The notes under the pieces: model-generated
Seen by the model: the letters and a program-made list of their open reading frames with translations, nothing else
Told to the model about the DNA's origin: nothing
Databases searched by the model: none
Program-made: the position numbers and the translations under genes
Assembly: GCA_947311785.1 (NCBI GenBank)
Contig: CAMZLW010000079.1
Span: forward strand, 4,016 to 68,015
Origin: an uncultured Ignavibacteriales bacterium
GTDB taxonomy: Bacteria > Bacteroidota > Ignavibacteria > Ignavibacteriales > Melioribacteraceae
Direction of reading: 5' to 3'
DNA length: 64,000 nt
Shown: positions 30,643-40,203 of the stretch, piece after piece
Layout: each line of letters opens with the position of its first letter
Numbering within the stretch: the first letter of the stretch is position 1

Positions 30643-30960
30643 ATGAAAGTTGTTTGGTCAAAATTTGCCTCTGATACTTTGAGAGAAATTTTCAAGCATT
30701 ATAAAATAATAGCATCAAAAGAAATAGCAGATAAGATTAAAGAAAATATTTTTAGCTCAACAAAACAATTAAAAACCCATCCAAGTGCTGGTCAAATTGA
30801 ACAATCACTTAAACAACTTGGAGAAGAACATAGATATTTAGTTAGGGGAAATTATAAAATAATTTACAAAAAAGTGCCAGAAGGTATTTTAATAACAGAT
30901 GTTTTTGATACCAGGCAAGACCCTATAAAAATTAAGAACTCAAGAAACAACATTATATAA
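30643..30960 (+). CDS. RelE/ParE family toxin
   Basis: MKVVWS.FA...L..I, HP.AG, RYLVRGNYKIIY and DVFDTRQDP motifs. Confidence 0.88.
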   Translation: MKVVWSKFASDTLREIFKHYKIIASKEIADKIKENIFSSTKQLKTHPSAGQIEQSLKQLGEEHRYLVRGNYKIIYKKVPEGILITDVFDTRQDPIKIKNSRNNII

Positions 30961-30974
30961 TGTTGCGAAAAGAA

Positions 30975-30998
30975 GTAGAGACATTCTGCGGAATGTCC
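30975..30998. repeat. GTAG-type REP-like palindrome
   Basis: gtagagacattc-tgcg-gaatgtcc. Confidence 0.55.
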
Positions 30999-31038
30999 GT
31001 TTTTAACAGATACGATTTAGAAAATGAAAGGCAATAAT

Positions 31039-31431
31039 ATGAACAATAAATATATATTTGGTGGATTTATAATAGTTGTGTTTTTCGGAATTATGGGATA
31101 TCTACTTACAGAAACAAACATAAAGTATGAAGAAGATTTTTCTCAAATTGAAAACAGCACTGGCACAATTAAAGCAACAGGTAGTTGGGTAAAAGAAAAA
31201 AATTATAATATAGATAAACAGAAACACCTTTTCTCGTTTTATATGAAAGATTATAACGGAAAAGAGATTAAAGTTGTTTACAAAGGAGCAATTCCAAATA
31301 ATTTTGAATCCTCTACAAGCGTTGTGGTTACTGGTAAATATAAGAATGGTAATTTTCACGCTTCCGATATTTTAACCAAATGTCCGTCCAAATACGAAAC
31401 TACTTATAAGGCAGCAGAAAAAGCTTCGTAA
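31039..31431 (+). CDS. ccmE: Heme chaperone CcmE (CxxxY variant)
   Basis: N-terminal TM, VVYKG..P..F, VVVTG and ILTKCPSKY motifs. Confidence 0.92.
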   Translation: MNNKYIFGGFIIVVFFGIMGYLLTETNIKYEEDFSQIENSTGTIKATGSWVKEKNYNIDKQKHLFSFYMKDYNGKEIKVVYKGAIPNNFESSTSVVVTGKYKNGNFHASDILTKCPSKYETTYKAAEKAS

Positions 31432-31453
31432 CTTTAAAGCATCAAAAAAACTA

Positions 31454-31482
31454 TTGAACTTTTGGCAGAGCATGAATACATT
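31454..31482 (+). promoter_or_regulatory. Internal sigma70-like promoter of the second TA module
   Basis: TTGAAC-N17-TACATT, followed by a GGAGG SD and ATG at 31522. Confidence 0.5.
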
Positions 31483-31521
31483 AGAATGCCAGTAAATGAT
31501 AATTATTTACTGGAGGACATT

Positions 31522-31743
31522 ATGTCTAAAACAATTTTTCTTCGTTTAAGCGAAGAAAAATTTAAAAATCTTGCTAGTAGAGATAACAGACCCAGTTCTA
31601 ATTTTATTGAAACTGCCGTAAAAAAATATATTGAACATAATATTTATGTTGATGAATTTGAGATGGAAGAAATTAGAAATAATAGTGAACTAAACAAAAG
31701 TCTTAAAAAAGGTTTCTCTGATATGAAATCAAAAAAAGGATAG
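31522..31743 (+). CDS. CopG/RHH-type antitoxin, possibly degenerate
   Basis: MSKTIFLRL...DNRPSSNFIETA RHH-like; TAG is followed in frame by FVE-TAG overlapping the toxin start. Confidence 0.7.
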   Translation: MSKTIFLRLSEEKFKNLASRDNRPSSNFIETAVKKYIEHNIYVDEFEMEEIRNNSELNKSLKKGFSDMKSKKG

Positions 31744-31747
31744 TTTG

Positions 31748-32025
31748 TTGAATAGCTATAAAATTTTTGAGACAAATGAATTTCAAAAAAAATAGGTAAA
31801 GTATCCCCAAGAGATAAATCATTTATTGAGAAAAAGCTAATTCAATATGTATATCCTCAGCTAAAAGAAGAGCCTCATTACGGAAACAATATAAAAAAAA
31901 CAGTTGGTTACAATCCAGAAACATGGCGTTATAGAATTGGAAAATATAGGTTGTTTTACGTAATTGACAAATTGGATAAAACAATTTATATCTTATCAAT
32001 TGATTTAAGAAAAGTAGCATATTAA
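31748..32025 (+). pseudogene. Frameshifted RelE/ParE family toxin
   Basis: TTG-NSYKIFETNEFQKK-TAG; one extra A in the A8 tract (31785-31792) restores ...YPQLKEEPHYGNNIKK..GY.PETWRYRIGKYRLFY...SIDLRKVAY. Confidence 0.85.
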
Positions 32026-32056
32026 TTATAAAGTTTAAAATAGAAAGGAAACATAA

Positions 32057-34474
32057 ATGATTGGAAATATTCTTTTAACATTTGCCTTGCTAGCATCCGT
32101 TTTTTCCATAATTATGTATTACCTAACTTATAAAGGTTACAGTAATACATTAAAATTAGCACGTGCTAGTTATCACGCTACAGCCATCTCGGTTTTAGGT
32201 GCTTCGGCATATTTGATGAGTTCAATAATAAACCATCAATACGAGTTTAAATATATTTACGATTACTCCAACAGCGACCTTAGTCTTGGAATGTTAATGT
32301 CAACATTCTACGCTGGGCAAGAAGGTAGCTTTATGTTGTGGCTACTACTTACTGCACTATCGGGAATTGCTTTGCTGGAATATACAGCAAAACGTGGCGA
32401 TTTAGAGAGCCGTGTTATGATGGTCTTTACGCTGGCACTAGCGTTTTTATTGGTGATGGTAAGCCCTGGACTCAAAAATCCGTTTACACTTATTTGGCTG
32501 GACCCAACGTATATTAATATCAAAAATATTAGTTCATCATTCTTATCACTTCCCTTTTTGCAAGAATTTATGTTCACGGATCAATCCTCAGGAACTAGTT
32601 TAGTTCTGCTAAACGAAAAATTGGCTGGACTATTGGCAAGTAACGGAATTTCTGTAAACGATTTTATTGCTTTCGGAAAAGGGTTAAACCCATTGTTGAA
32701 TAATTTTTGGATGCAAATTCATCCTCCAATGCTTTTTATTGGCTTTGCAATGTCAACAGTTCCTTTTGCTTTTGCCTTTGCTGCACTGATTAAAAACGAT
32801 TACAGCGAGTGGGTTGCCCCATCGTTGCCGTGGCTACTTGGCGGAATGGCTGTGTTAGGGTTGGCAATAATGCTTGGCGGTTACTGGGCTTACGTCATTC
32901 TTGGCTGGGGTGGATATTGGGGTTGGGACCCTGTGGAAAACTCATCGCTTGTGCCTTGGATTATTGGCGTTGCAGGAATCCATACAATGATTATCCAAAA
33001 GAAAACGCAAACAAAAAAACATCCAGGAAAATTTATTAAAACAAATTTAATATTGTCAATTCTCACATATTTGTTAGTTCTTTACTCAACGTTCCTTACA
33101 CGCAGTGGTGTATTGGGCGATGCCTCTGTTCACTCTTTTGTTTCACCAGGAATGGTAACTTATACTTTACTTCTTCTTTTCATTGTTACATTTACTATAC
33201 TCGGTTTTGGTGGAATAATTTACAGATGGAAATATTTGGAGAAAACTTTTTCTGCAGAAGAGAATATCCTTTCGCGTGAGTTAGCTCTTTTTACAGGGGC
33301 TGTTGTGCTTATTGCTGCATCGGTAATTATTATTGCAGGAACTTCGGCACCTATTTTTGGCTCGGCTGTTGAAATTAGTTTTTATAACGAAATGACTTTA
33401 CCCATAGCTATTATAATGGGATTTCTTATTGGCTTTAGCATTTTGCTCGATTGGAAAAAAACGAAAGAAAAAACCATTGTTGATAAAGTAAAAATTCCAT
33501 TAGTAATTTCGTTAGTAGTTACTTTGGTTACCGTTCTGCTTGGTGGTTTTACAGATATAATGGCAATTTTATTTTTGTTCTCGGCATATTTCACTTTAGT
33601 TGTTGCAAGTTATCTTTTTATTAAAATAGTAAACAAGAACACTTCATTTGTTGGTGGCTACATTGCCCACATTGGTTTTGCCTTGTTTATGCTGGGTGTT
33701 ATTGCTTCTGGCTGGTTTACCGAAGAGAAACAAATGGAATTAATTAAAGGAGAAACAAAAGAAGCATTTGGCTATAACGTTACTTTTACTGGATATCATC
33801 CAATAGAAGATGGCAAAAAATTTGCTTTCGATATTGAAATTGAAAAAGATGGTTCTAAAAACAATCTTGCTCCAGTAATGTTTGTATCCGATTTTAACCA
33901 AAGCTTAACACGCGATCCTGATATATTAAATTTAATTACAAAAGATTTATACATCTCGCCAATTAGTTACGAAGAAGCTAAAACCTCCAGTGGTGGCGGG
34001 CATCAACACGAAACAGTTCTTCAAAAAGGGATACCTTTTGAGTTTCACGAATCACAAATTACATTCACTAAATTTAATTTTCCAAAAGATGCAATGAACT
34101 CAATGCAATCTGGTGCTGACTTTTTTATCGGTGCAGTTTTAGAAGTTTTCCACAACGGAAAAACTTATAGTGCAGAGCCCAAAATGAAAAGCAGTGGTGG
34201 AAGCAGAACATACGAGCATGTAACAATTGAAGAAGCAAATCTTAAAATTGAAATGCTAAACTTAGACGCCTCTGGCAAAATTGATGTGATTATTACTGAA
34301 CTATCTGCGGATGATAACACCACTCAGAAAGCTCAAATTACAAAAGGTGAATCGCTCTGGGTTGATGCAAGCATAAAGCCATTTATGAATTTAATTTGGA
34401 TTGGAACATTAGCAATAGTGCTTGGATTTTTGATTGCAATGATGCGTAGAGGGAAAGAAGCGAAAAGAGTATAA
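32057..34474 (+). CDS. ccmF: Cytochrome c heme lyase CcmF
   Basis: GQEGS, GLNPLL, IHPP, WAY..LGWGGYWGWDPVENSS, FLTRSG..SVHSF, AHIG and KPFMNLIW motifs. Confidence 0.95.
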   Translation: MIGNILLTFALLASVFSIIMYYLTYKGYSNTLKLARASYHATAISVLGASAYLMSSIINHQYEFKYIYDYSNSDLSLGMLMSTFYAGQEGSFMLWLLLTALSGIALLEYTAKRGDLESRVMMVFTLALAFLLVMVSPGLKNPFTLIWLDPTYINIKNISSSFLSLPFLQEFMFTDQSSGTSLVLLNEKLAGLLASNGISVNDFIAFGKGLNPLLNNFWMQIHPPMLFIGFAMSTVPFAFAFAALIKNDYSEWVAPSLPWLLGGMAVLGLAIMLGGYWAYVILGWGGYWGWDPVENSSLVPWIIGVAGIHTMIIQKKTQTKKHPGKFIKTNLILSILTYLLVLYSTFLTRSGVLGDASVHSFVSPGMVTYTLLLLFIVTFTILGFGGIIYRWKYLEKTFSAEENILSRELALFTGAVVLIAASVIIIAGTSAPIFGSAVEISFYNEMTLPIAIIMGFLIGFSILLDWKKTKEKTIVDKVKIPLVISLVVTLVTVLLGGFTDIMAILFLFSAYFTLVVASYLFIKIVNKNTSFVGGYIAHIGFALFMLGVIASGWFTEEKQMELIKGETKEAFGYNVTFTGYHPIEDGKKFAFDIEIEKDGSKNNLAPVMFVSDFNQSLTRDPDILNLITKDLYISPISYEEAKTSSGGGHQHETVLQKGIPFEFHESQITFTKFNFPKDAMNSMQSGADFFIGAVLEVFHNGKTYSAEPKMKSSGGSRTYEHVTIEEANLKIEMLNLDASGKIDVIITELSADDNTTQKAQITKGESLWVDASIKPFMNLIWIGTLAIVLGFLIAMMRRGKEAKRV

Positions 34475-34501
34475 ACGATAAATTAAAACTGCTACATAAA
34501 A

Positions 34502-34540
34502 ATTGGTTCAAAAACTGCATGAACAAGTTTTTGAACCAAT
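34502..34540. terminator. Hairpin between convergent ccmF and ABC-F genes (likely bidirectional terminator)
   Basis: attggttcaaaaact/agtttttgaaccaat perfect 15-bp stem. Confidence 0.7.
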
Positions 34541-34663
34541 AACTTATAATTCTTTTCACCATCACGCCTAATTTTTGATAACCTAACTGAGCCATGTTTT
34601 AGTGTAGCACAATGCACCGTAAGTTAGGAATAACATGAGCTTGCGTGTTTTCACCACTTGGTT

Positions 34664-36550
34664 TCAAGTATTTCCAGATTTTATATCTTCCAATTCTTCC
34701 CATCTATCGTAAAGAGCTTGCACTTTTGCTTTTGCCAAATTTAGTTTTTCGTTTAGCTCTTTAGTTTGCTCGGCATACTTGGTAAAAAAATCTGGAGAAG
34801 AGAAAACAGATTCAATTTTTTCCACTTCAGTTTCGGCATTAAGAATATCATTTTCAATATTTTCTAATTCCTTTTTCTCTTTCCAAGTGAGTTTCCTAAC
34901 GGATAACTTTGTACGCTCTGCTTTTTCTTTTGGTTGGATATTACTTTTTTTATCTGAAGTAATTCGTGATTTTTTCTTTTCAACATAGTAGTTATAATCC
35001 CCTTCGCTAAAGTGAATTTTGCCATTATCTTCAAAAGCTAAAATCCCTGTACAAACTCTATTCAAGAAATATCTATCGTGACTAACCACAACAACGCAAC
35101 CGTTAAATGATAAAAGGGCTTCTTCCAAAATACGTAACGTTGGTAAATCTAAATCGTTAGTTGGTTCATCAAGTATTAAAAAATTTCCACCATTCTTTAA
35201 AATGTTAGCAAGAGTTAATCTACTTTTTTCGCCACCAGAAAGCCGCCCAACTTTTGTATTTATTCGTTCATCTGCAAATAGAAATCTGCGTAAATAAGTA
35301 AATACATTTATTTCTCGGTTGCCAAATTTAATAGAGTTGTTCCCCTCTCCAATGGCTTCAACAACTGTATCGTCATCATTCAAAATTAAACGCGATTGGT
35401 CAACATAATTAAACTCAGTTTTTTCTCCAATATCAATTGAGCCAGTATCTGCCTCAAGTTCACCAAGAATTAGTTTTAATAGCGTAGTTTTACCAACTCC
35501 ATTTTTTCCAACAATGCCAAGTCTTCGTCCAGGTTCAAATGCAAAACTAAGATGTTCAATAAGCTGTTTGCCACCAAGCTCCATTCCAATATTTTTTAAC
35601 TCCACTACTTTGTTGCCTAATCTATTGGGCGGAGGAATTACTAAATCGACTTGAAGTTCAATTTCCATATTTTCTTGTGAAGCTATTTCGTAATAATTAT
35701 CGAGCCTACTTTTCGATTTTGTTGTCCTAGCTTTTGGTCCACGCCTTACCCACTCTAGCTCACGCTTCAAAAAGTTCTGACGTTTTTTTTCTTCAACCTC
35801 TTGTATAGCTTGGCGTTCCGACTTATTAATTAAATAATCTGTGTAATTTCCTTTGTGCGAATAAAAAATTCCGTTATTAATTTCAACAATTCTATTTGCA
35901 ATCCGGTCTAAAAAATATCTATCGTGAGTTACAAAAATGCACGTTCCTCTATACCCAGCAAGGAAATTTTCAATCCATTCAATCGATTCTGTATCAAGAT
36001 GGTTTGTTGGCTCATCCAAAATTAACAATTCGGGCTTTGAAATTAATGCACGGCAAAGTGCAACTCTTCTCTTTTCACCTCCCGAAAGTAATGCAACGTT
36101 TCGCTCTCCACCAGGTGTAGTAAGAGCTTTCATCAAAACAGAGATTTGCTTATCCAAATTCCACGCATCTTTTTCTGCTATTTCAATTTCGAGCAGTTCC
36201 CTTTTCGGTGAGTCGAACGAAGTATTTTCATATTCGTTAATTAAATTTTGAATACTCTCGGCACCATCCATTATATTTTCAAATACTGTTTTGGAATTAT
36301 CTAGCGTAAAGTCCTGCGTGAGAAATCCAATATTCATATCTTTCTTTTTTGCAACTTTTCCGGAATCGGGATTTATTACATTGGAAATTACTTTTAAGAA
36401 TGTTGATTTACCCACACCATTCCTACCCACAAGCCCTATTCTATCTCCCTCGTGAATACTTAAAGATGCATTATCAAGAATTATTTGTGCACCGAAACTG
36501 AGCGATAGTTCCATTGCTGTTAGTATTACTGGGGTTACGTTTTCTGCCAT
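34664..36550 (-). CDS. ABC-F family ATPase (Uup-like)
   Basis: Two ABC domains (GRNGVGKS and GKNGVGKT, LSGGE, DEPTN), C-terminal coiled coil, no TM. Confidence 0.93.
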   Translation of the reverse strand: MAENVTPVILTAMELSLSFGAQIILDNASLSIHEGDRIGLVGRNGVGKSTFLKVISNVINPDSGKVAKKKDMNIGFLTQDFTLDNSKTVFENIMDGAESIQNLINEYENTSFDSPKRELLEIEIAEKDAWNLDKQISVLMKALTTPGGERNVALLSGGEKRRVALCRALISKPELLILDEPTNHLDTESIEWIENFLAGYRGTCIFVTHDRYFLDRIANRIVEINNGIFYSHKGNYTDYLINKSERQAIQEVEEKKRQNFLKRELEWVRRGPKARTTKSKSRLDNYYEIASQENMEIELQVDLVIPPPNRLGNKVVELKNIGMELGGKQLIEHLSFAFEPGRRLGIVGKNGVGKTTLLKLILGELEADTGSIDIGEKTEFNYVDQSRLILNDDDTVVEAIGEGNNSIKFGNREINVFTYLRRFLFADERINTKVGRLSGGEKSRLTLANILKNGGNFLILDEPTNDLDLPTLRILEEALLSFNGCVVVVSHDRYFLNRVCTGILAFEDNGKIHFSEGDYNYYVEKKKSRITSDKKSNIQPKEKAERTKLSVRKLTWKEKKELENIENDILNAETEVEKIESVFSSPDFFTKYAEQTKELNEKLNLAKAKVQALYDRWEELEDIKSGNT

Positions 36551-36724
36551 AAATTTAAGTTTTGTGTAAAAGAAAAAAATAATTGTGCTAATATACTATT
36601 TAAAAATTTGGTTGAGTTCTAATTTATAAACTTAACATCACATTTATAGAAGCATTTTTCTTTTCCCAACTTACACCTCTATTCTAATATTTTTAGTAAA
36701 TTTACGTTTTCAAAAATAAACTTA

Positions 36725-37408
36725 ATGCTAATGGAAAACTTTCAAGGAATCATCTCCTTATTTATTGCTTGTATTGAAATAGTGCTTTTAATTAATCTTC
36801 TAATCTTTTCAGAAAAGAATAGAGAGAATAAAATAATTATAGGTCTTGTAACTCTTCTTTTTGGATACCAGTTTATGGAGTTCTTTATGTGTTACACGGC
36901 AAGCTATTCCTACTTGTTGGTTTATATTTCGTTTATTATTATCTCGTTTCTTCCTCCGCTAATGCTCTACTTGGTTTTAACTGTAAACAAAGTTAAAAAC
37001 AAATTGATGCTTTTAGTTTTTGTTCCAATAATAGTGTTGTTAACTTATTATCTATTTGTATTAAACAGTTTTGAAATTACTAACTGCACAGTTCTTTTTG
37101 CTGCTTACGAAATGCCACTTGGAGATTTATATGGGGTTGTTTATTACTCGCCAATTATAGTTTCAATTTACCTTTTATCAAAAATGATTTATAACCCAGT
37201 GTTTAGTAATGAGAAAACGAATCTTATAATAATGCTTGTTGGAATTTTAACCACATTTGTTCCTGTTGCAATAATCATTGCAATGTTTCCAGTTCTAATA
37301 GATTATGTGGAAAGCTTCTTTTGTAAAGCTGCATCAATAATAGCAATAACATTTACACTTTATGCTATGAGAAATAATAGCAAAGTTAAAGAGAAAATTA
37401 ATGAATGA
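36725..37408 (+). CDS. Hypothetical 7-TM membrane protein
   Basis: 227-aa hydrophobic ORF; YQFMEF and FLPP motifs. Confidence 0.7.
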   Translation: MLMENFQGIISLFIACIEIVLLINLLIFSEKNRENKIIIGLVTLLFGYQFMEFFMCYTASYSYLLVYISFIIISFLPPLMLYLVLTVNKVKNKLMLLVFVPIIVLLTYYLFVLNSFEITNCTVLFAAYEMPLGDLYGVVYYSPIIVSIYLLSKMIYNPVFSNEKTNLIIMLVGILTTFVPVAIIIAMFPVLIDYVESFFCKAASIIAITFTLYAMRNNSKVKEKINE

Positions 37409-37733
37409 AACAATACTAAATATTTTTTTGGAAATAGAAAATGGGTTTGTTGTTGGATTCAAAGCAAAATCATATTTAAGTGATGATGGTGATCAGCAAA
37501 AAATAGATTTATTAAAAGAGAAAGCAAAAATAGATTTTACAAATTCATTTCATTTTGATGCTCCGATGAACAAACACGGAGAGTATATGAAATACAGTAG
37601 TTTTGCAAAACTTGAAAGTCGTGGAATGCACTTCCAACTATTTGAAGAAATGTTTGCAAAATTTGATGTTCCAGAAAACCCACTTGTTTGCGTTACACCT
37701 GTTGTTGATGGGGAAGTTAGAGCAAGTGAATAA
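37401..37733 (+). CDS. Hypothetical soluble protein
   Basis: 110 aa, overlaps the upstream stop (ATGAATGA). Confidence 0.7.
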   Translation: MNETILNIFLEIENGFVVGFKAKSYLSDDGDQQKIDLLKEKAKIDFTNSFHFDAPMNKHGEYMKYSSFAKLESRGMHFQLFEEMFAKFDVPENPLVCVTPVVDGEVRASE

Positions 37734-37846
37734 TTTTTTTAAGTAGGTCATACAGGTATATCAGTTAAAAGTCATTATATAAGTATGGGTTTATAAATAA
37801 TCAGACAATTTAAGAACAAAATTATAATAATAAATAAGAGAGAAGT

Positions 37847-39853
37847 ATGGATTACACAACAATTGAAGCAAAAGCAATAAACACGATTCGCCTATTATCT
37901 GCTGAGGCAATTCAGAAAGCAAATACTGGGCATCCAGGATTGCCAATGGGAATGGCACCTGTGGCATATTTGCTATTTAAAAATATAATGAAGCACAATC
38001 CTAAAAATTCTAAATGGTTAAACAGAGATAGGTTTATTTTATCTGGCGGACACGGAAGTATGCTCCTTTATTCAGTCCTCCATCTTTCTGGTTATGATAT
38101 TTCTTTAGATGATTTGAAAAATTTTAGACAGTGGGAAAGTAAAACGCCAGGGCATCCAGAGTTTGGAAAAACTGATGGTGTAGAAACAACAACAGGGCCA
38201 CTAGGACAAGGGCTAGCTAATGCAATAGGAATGGCAGTTGCACAAAAACATCTTGCTGCAATGTTTAACAAAGATGATTACAAAATTCTTGACCATTTTA
38301 TATACGCAGAAGCTGGCGATGGCGATTTAATGGAAGGTCTATCGCACGAAGTTGCTTCCTATGCTGGGCATAACAAACTTGGCAACATGATACTTTTTTA
38401 TGACGATAACAGTATCACAATAGATGGCGATATTTCACTTTCTAGTTCGGATGATGTTACAAAAAGATTTGAATCGTACAACTGGCATGTGCAAACTGTT
38501 ACTGATGTTACAGATTTAGATGCCCTAAATAAAGCAGTTGAAAATGCACAGAGTGTTACTGATAAACCATCAATTATTATTACAAAAACTATAATTGGTC
38601 ATGGTAGTCCTAACAAGCAAGGCACAGCAGCAGCTCATGGTGCTCCGCTTGGCGATGACGAAATTATTTTAGTAAAAAGAAATTTTGGATTTCCAGAAGA
38701 TAAAAAGTTCTTTGTCCCAACTGAAGTTACTGAGCATTATGCCGAGCTAATTGAAAAGGGTGCTAAGTTAGAAAACGATTGGAATGAACTTTTTGCAAGT
38801 TACTCTGAAAAATATCCAGAAGATGCAAAGTTGTTTACTAAAGTAATGAATGGAGATATTGGCGAGGAATGGAAAGAACTAATTCCTCATTTTGATAATT
38901 ATGGCGAAGGAATGGCAACAAGAAATTCCTCACAAACAGCATTAAACGCTGTTGCCCCAGCATTACCAACGCTATTTGGTGGTTCTGCCGATTTAACACC
39001 TTCAAATAATACTGCAATAAAAGGGTGGGAAGATTTTACTCCAGAAAATCCAGCAGGCAAATATATCCGTTTTGGAATTAGAGAATTTGCAATGGCATCA
39101 ATGATGAATGGAATGGCAATTTATGGTGGGGTAATTCCTTTTGGCGGAACATTTATGGTGTTTTCAGATTACTTCCGAGCTACACTAAGAATAGCAGCAA
39201 TTTCGCATATTAAAATGATTTATGTTTTAACCCACGATAGCATTGGGGTTGGCGAAGATGGACCAACACATCAACCAGTTGAACACGCTGCTGCTTTGCG
39301 TTTAATTCCTGGAGTGGTTTTTCTACGCCCCGCAGATGCAAACGAAACTTTGCAAGCATGGAAATTTGCCATTGCTCACAAAGGTGGACCAGTAGCCATT
39401 GCATTAACAAGACAAAAATTAACAATTCTTGATAGAACAAAATTTGCATCGGAAGAAGGCTTACAAAAAGGTGCATACATTCTAAAAGATGTTGAAGGCA
39501 CTCCAGATTTAATAATTATGGCAAGTGGCTCAGAAGTTGAAATATCACTTAAAGCTGCTGAAGAGCTTGATTCTACTGGAGTTAAAACACGTGTGGTCTC
39601 TTTCCCAAGTTGGGAAGTATTTGAAATGCAATCTGATGAATATAAAAATTCAGTTCTTCCAAACGAAGTGCGAGCTCGTATTTCTGTTGAAGCTGGTTTA
39701 AGTTTTGGATGGAATAAATATGTAGGATTGGATGGAAGTACTATAAGCATCAACCATTACGGAGCTTCTGCACCTCAAGACATACTTTTCAAAGAGTATG
39801 GTTTTACTGTTGCTAACATTGTTAGTGAAGGGAAAAAACTTACTAGTAAATAG
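37847..39853 (+). CDS. tkt: Transketolase
   Basis: GHPG, DRFILSGGH, TTGPLGQG, GDGDLMEG, GSADL and HDSIGVGEDGPTHQP motifs. Confidence 0.98.
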   Translation: MDYTTIEAKAINTIRLLSAEAIQKANTGHPGLPMGMAPVAYLLFKNIMKHNPKNSKWLNRDRFILSGGHGSMLLYSVLHLSGYDISLDDLKNFRQWESKTPGHPEFGKTDGVETTTGPLGQGLANAIGMAVAQKHLAAMFNKDDYKILDHFIYAEAGDGDLMEGLSHEVASYAGHNKLGNMILFYDDNSITIDGDISLSSSDDVTKRFESYNWHVQTVTDVTDLDALNKAVENAQSVTDKPSIIITKTIIGHGSPNKQGTAAAHGAPLGDDEIILVKRNFGFPEDKKFFVPTEVTEHYAELIEKGAKLENDWNELFASYSEKYPEDAKLFTKVMNGDIGEEWKELIPHFDNYGEGMATRNSSQTALNAVAPALPTLFGGSADLTPSNNTAIKGWEDFTPENPAGKYIRFGIREFAMASMMNGMAIYGGVIPFGGTFMVFSDYFRATLRIAAISHIKMIYVLTHDSIGVGEDGPTHQPVEHAAALRLIPGVVFLRPADANETLQAWKFAIAHKGGPVAIALTRQKLTILDRTKFASEEGLQKGAYILKDVEGTPDLIIMASGSEVEISLKAAEELDSTGVKTRVVSFPSWEVFEMQSDEYKNSVLPNEVRARISVEAGLSFGWNKYVGLDGSTISINHYGASAPQDILFKEYGFTVANIVSEGKKLTSK

Positions 39854-39865
39854 ATTTAAATAATT

Positions 39866-39894
39866 GTAAAGATGTAGCGTGCTACATCTTTTTT
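39866..39894 (+). terminator. Terminator/REP-like hairpin after tkt
   Basis: aaagatgtagc-gt-gctacatcttt plus T-tract. Confidence 0.65.
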
Positions 39895-39915
39895 AAACTT
39901 TAGAAAGGATTTATT

Positions 39916-40140
39916 ATGAAAAATAGAAACTTGTATTCTGTAACCGTATCACTTTTGCTAGCTTTATCCACCGTTGTTTCTGCTCATGCTGGGCATGGAG
40001 TAGATAGCGATGGTAACAGTTTACATCACTACTTAACTGAACCATTACATTTGGGTATTGGTATTGCTGTGATTGGTATTGTGGCATTTATTATTTATAA
40101 GTTAAAGCAAAGTAAAACAAAAACAGTTAAAGAAAAATAA
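39916..40140 (+). CDS. Small exported, membrane-anchored His-motif protein
   Basis: Signal peptide ending VSA, then HAGHG...HHYLTEPLH and one TM; AAGGA SD. Confidence 0.75.
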   Translation: MKNRNLYSVTVSLLLALSTVVSAHAGHGVDSDGNSLHHYLTEPLHLGIGIAVIGIVAFIIYKLKQSKTKTVKEK

Positions 40141-40203
40141 AGCAGGTAAACTGATATTCTATTCTCATCATGCACTATTGGGAAATGGTATCAACTTTAG
40201 CAG

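Noticed and set aside
31823..32020. Minus-strand 65-aa ORF
   Set aside because: It is the antisense shadow of the frameshifted RelE toxin
34541..34663. Possible sRNA or ORF 34383-34595 between ccmF and the ABC-F gene
   Set aside because: Only weak pairings (cctaact/agttagg); the ORF crosses the terminator and overlaps ccmF antisense
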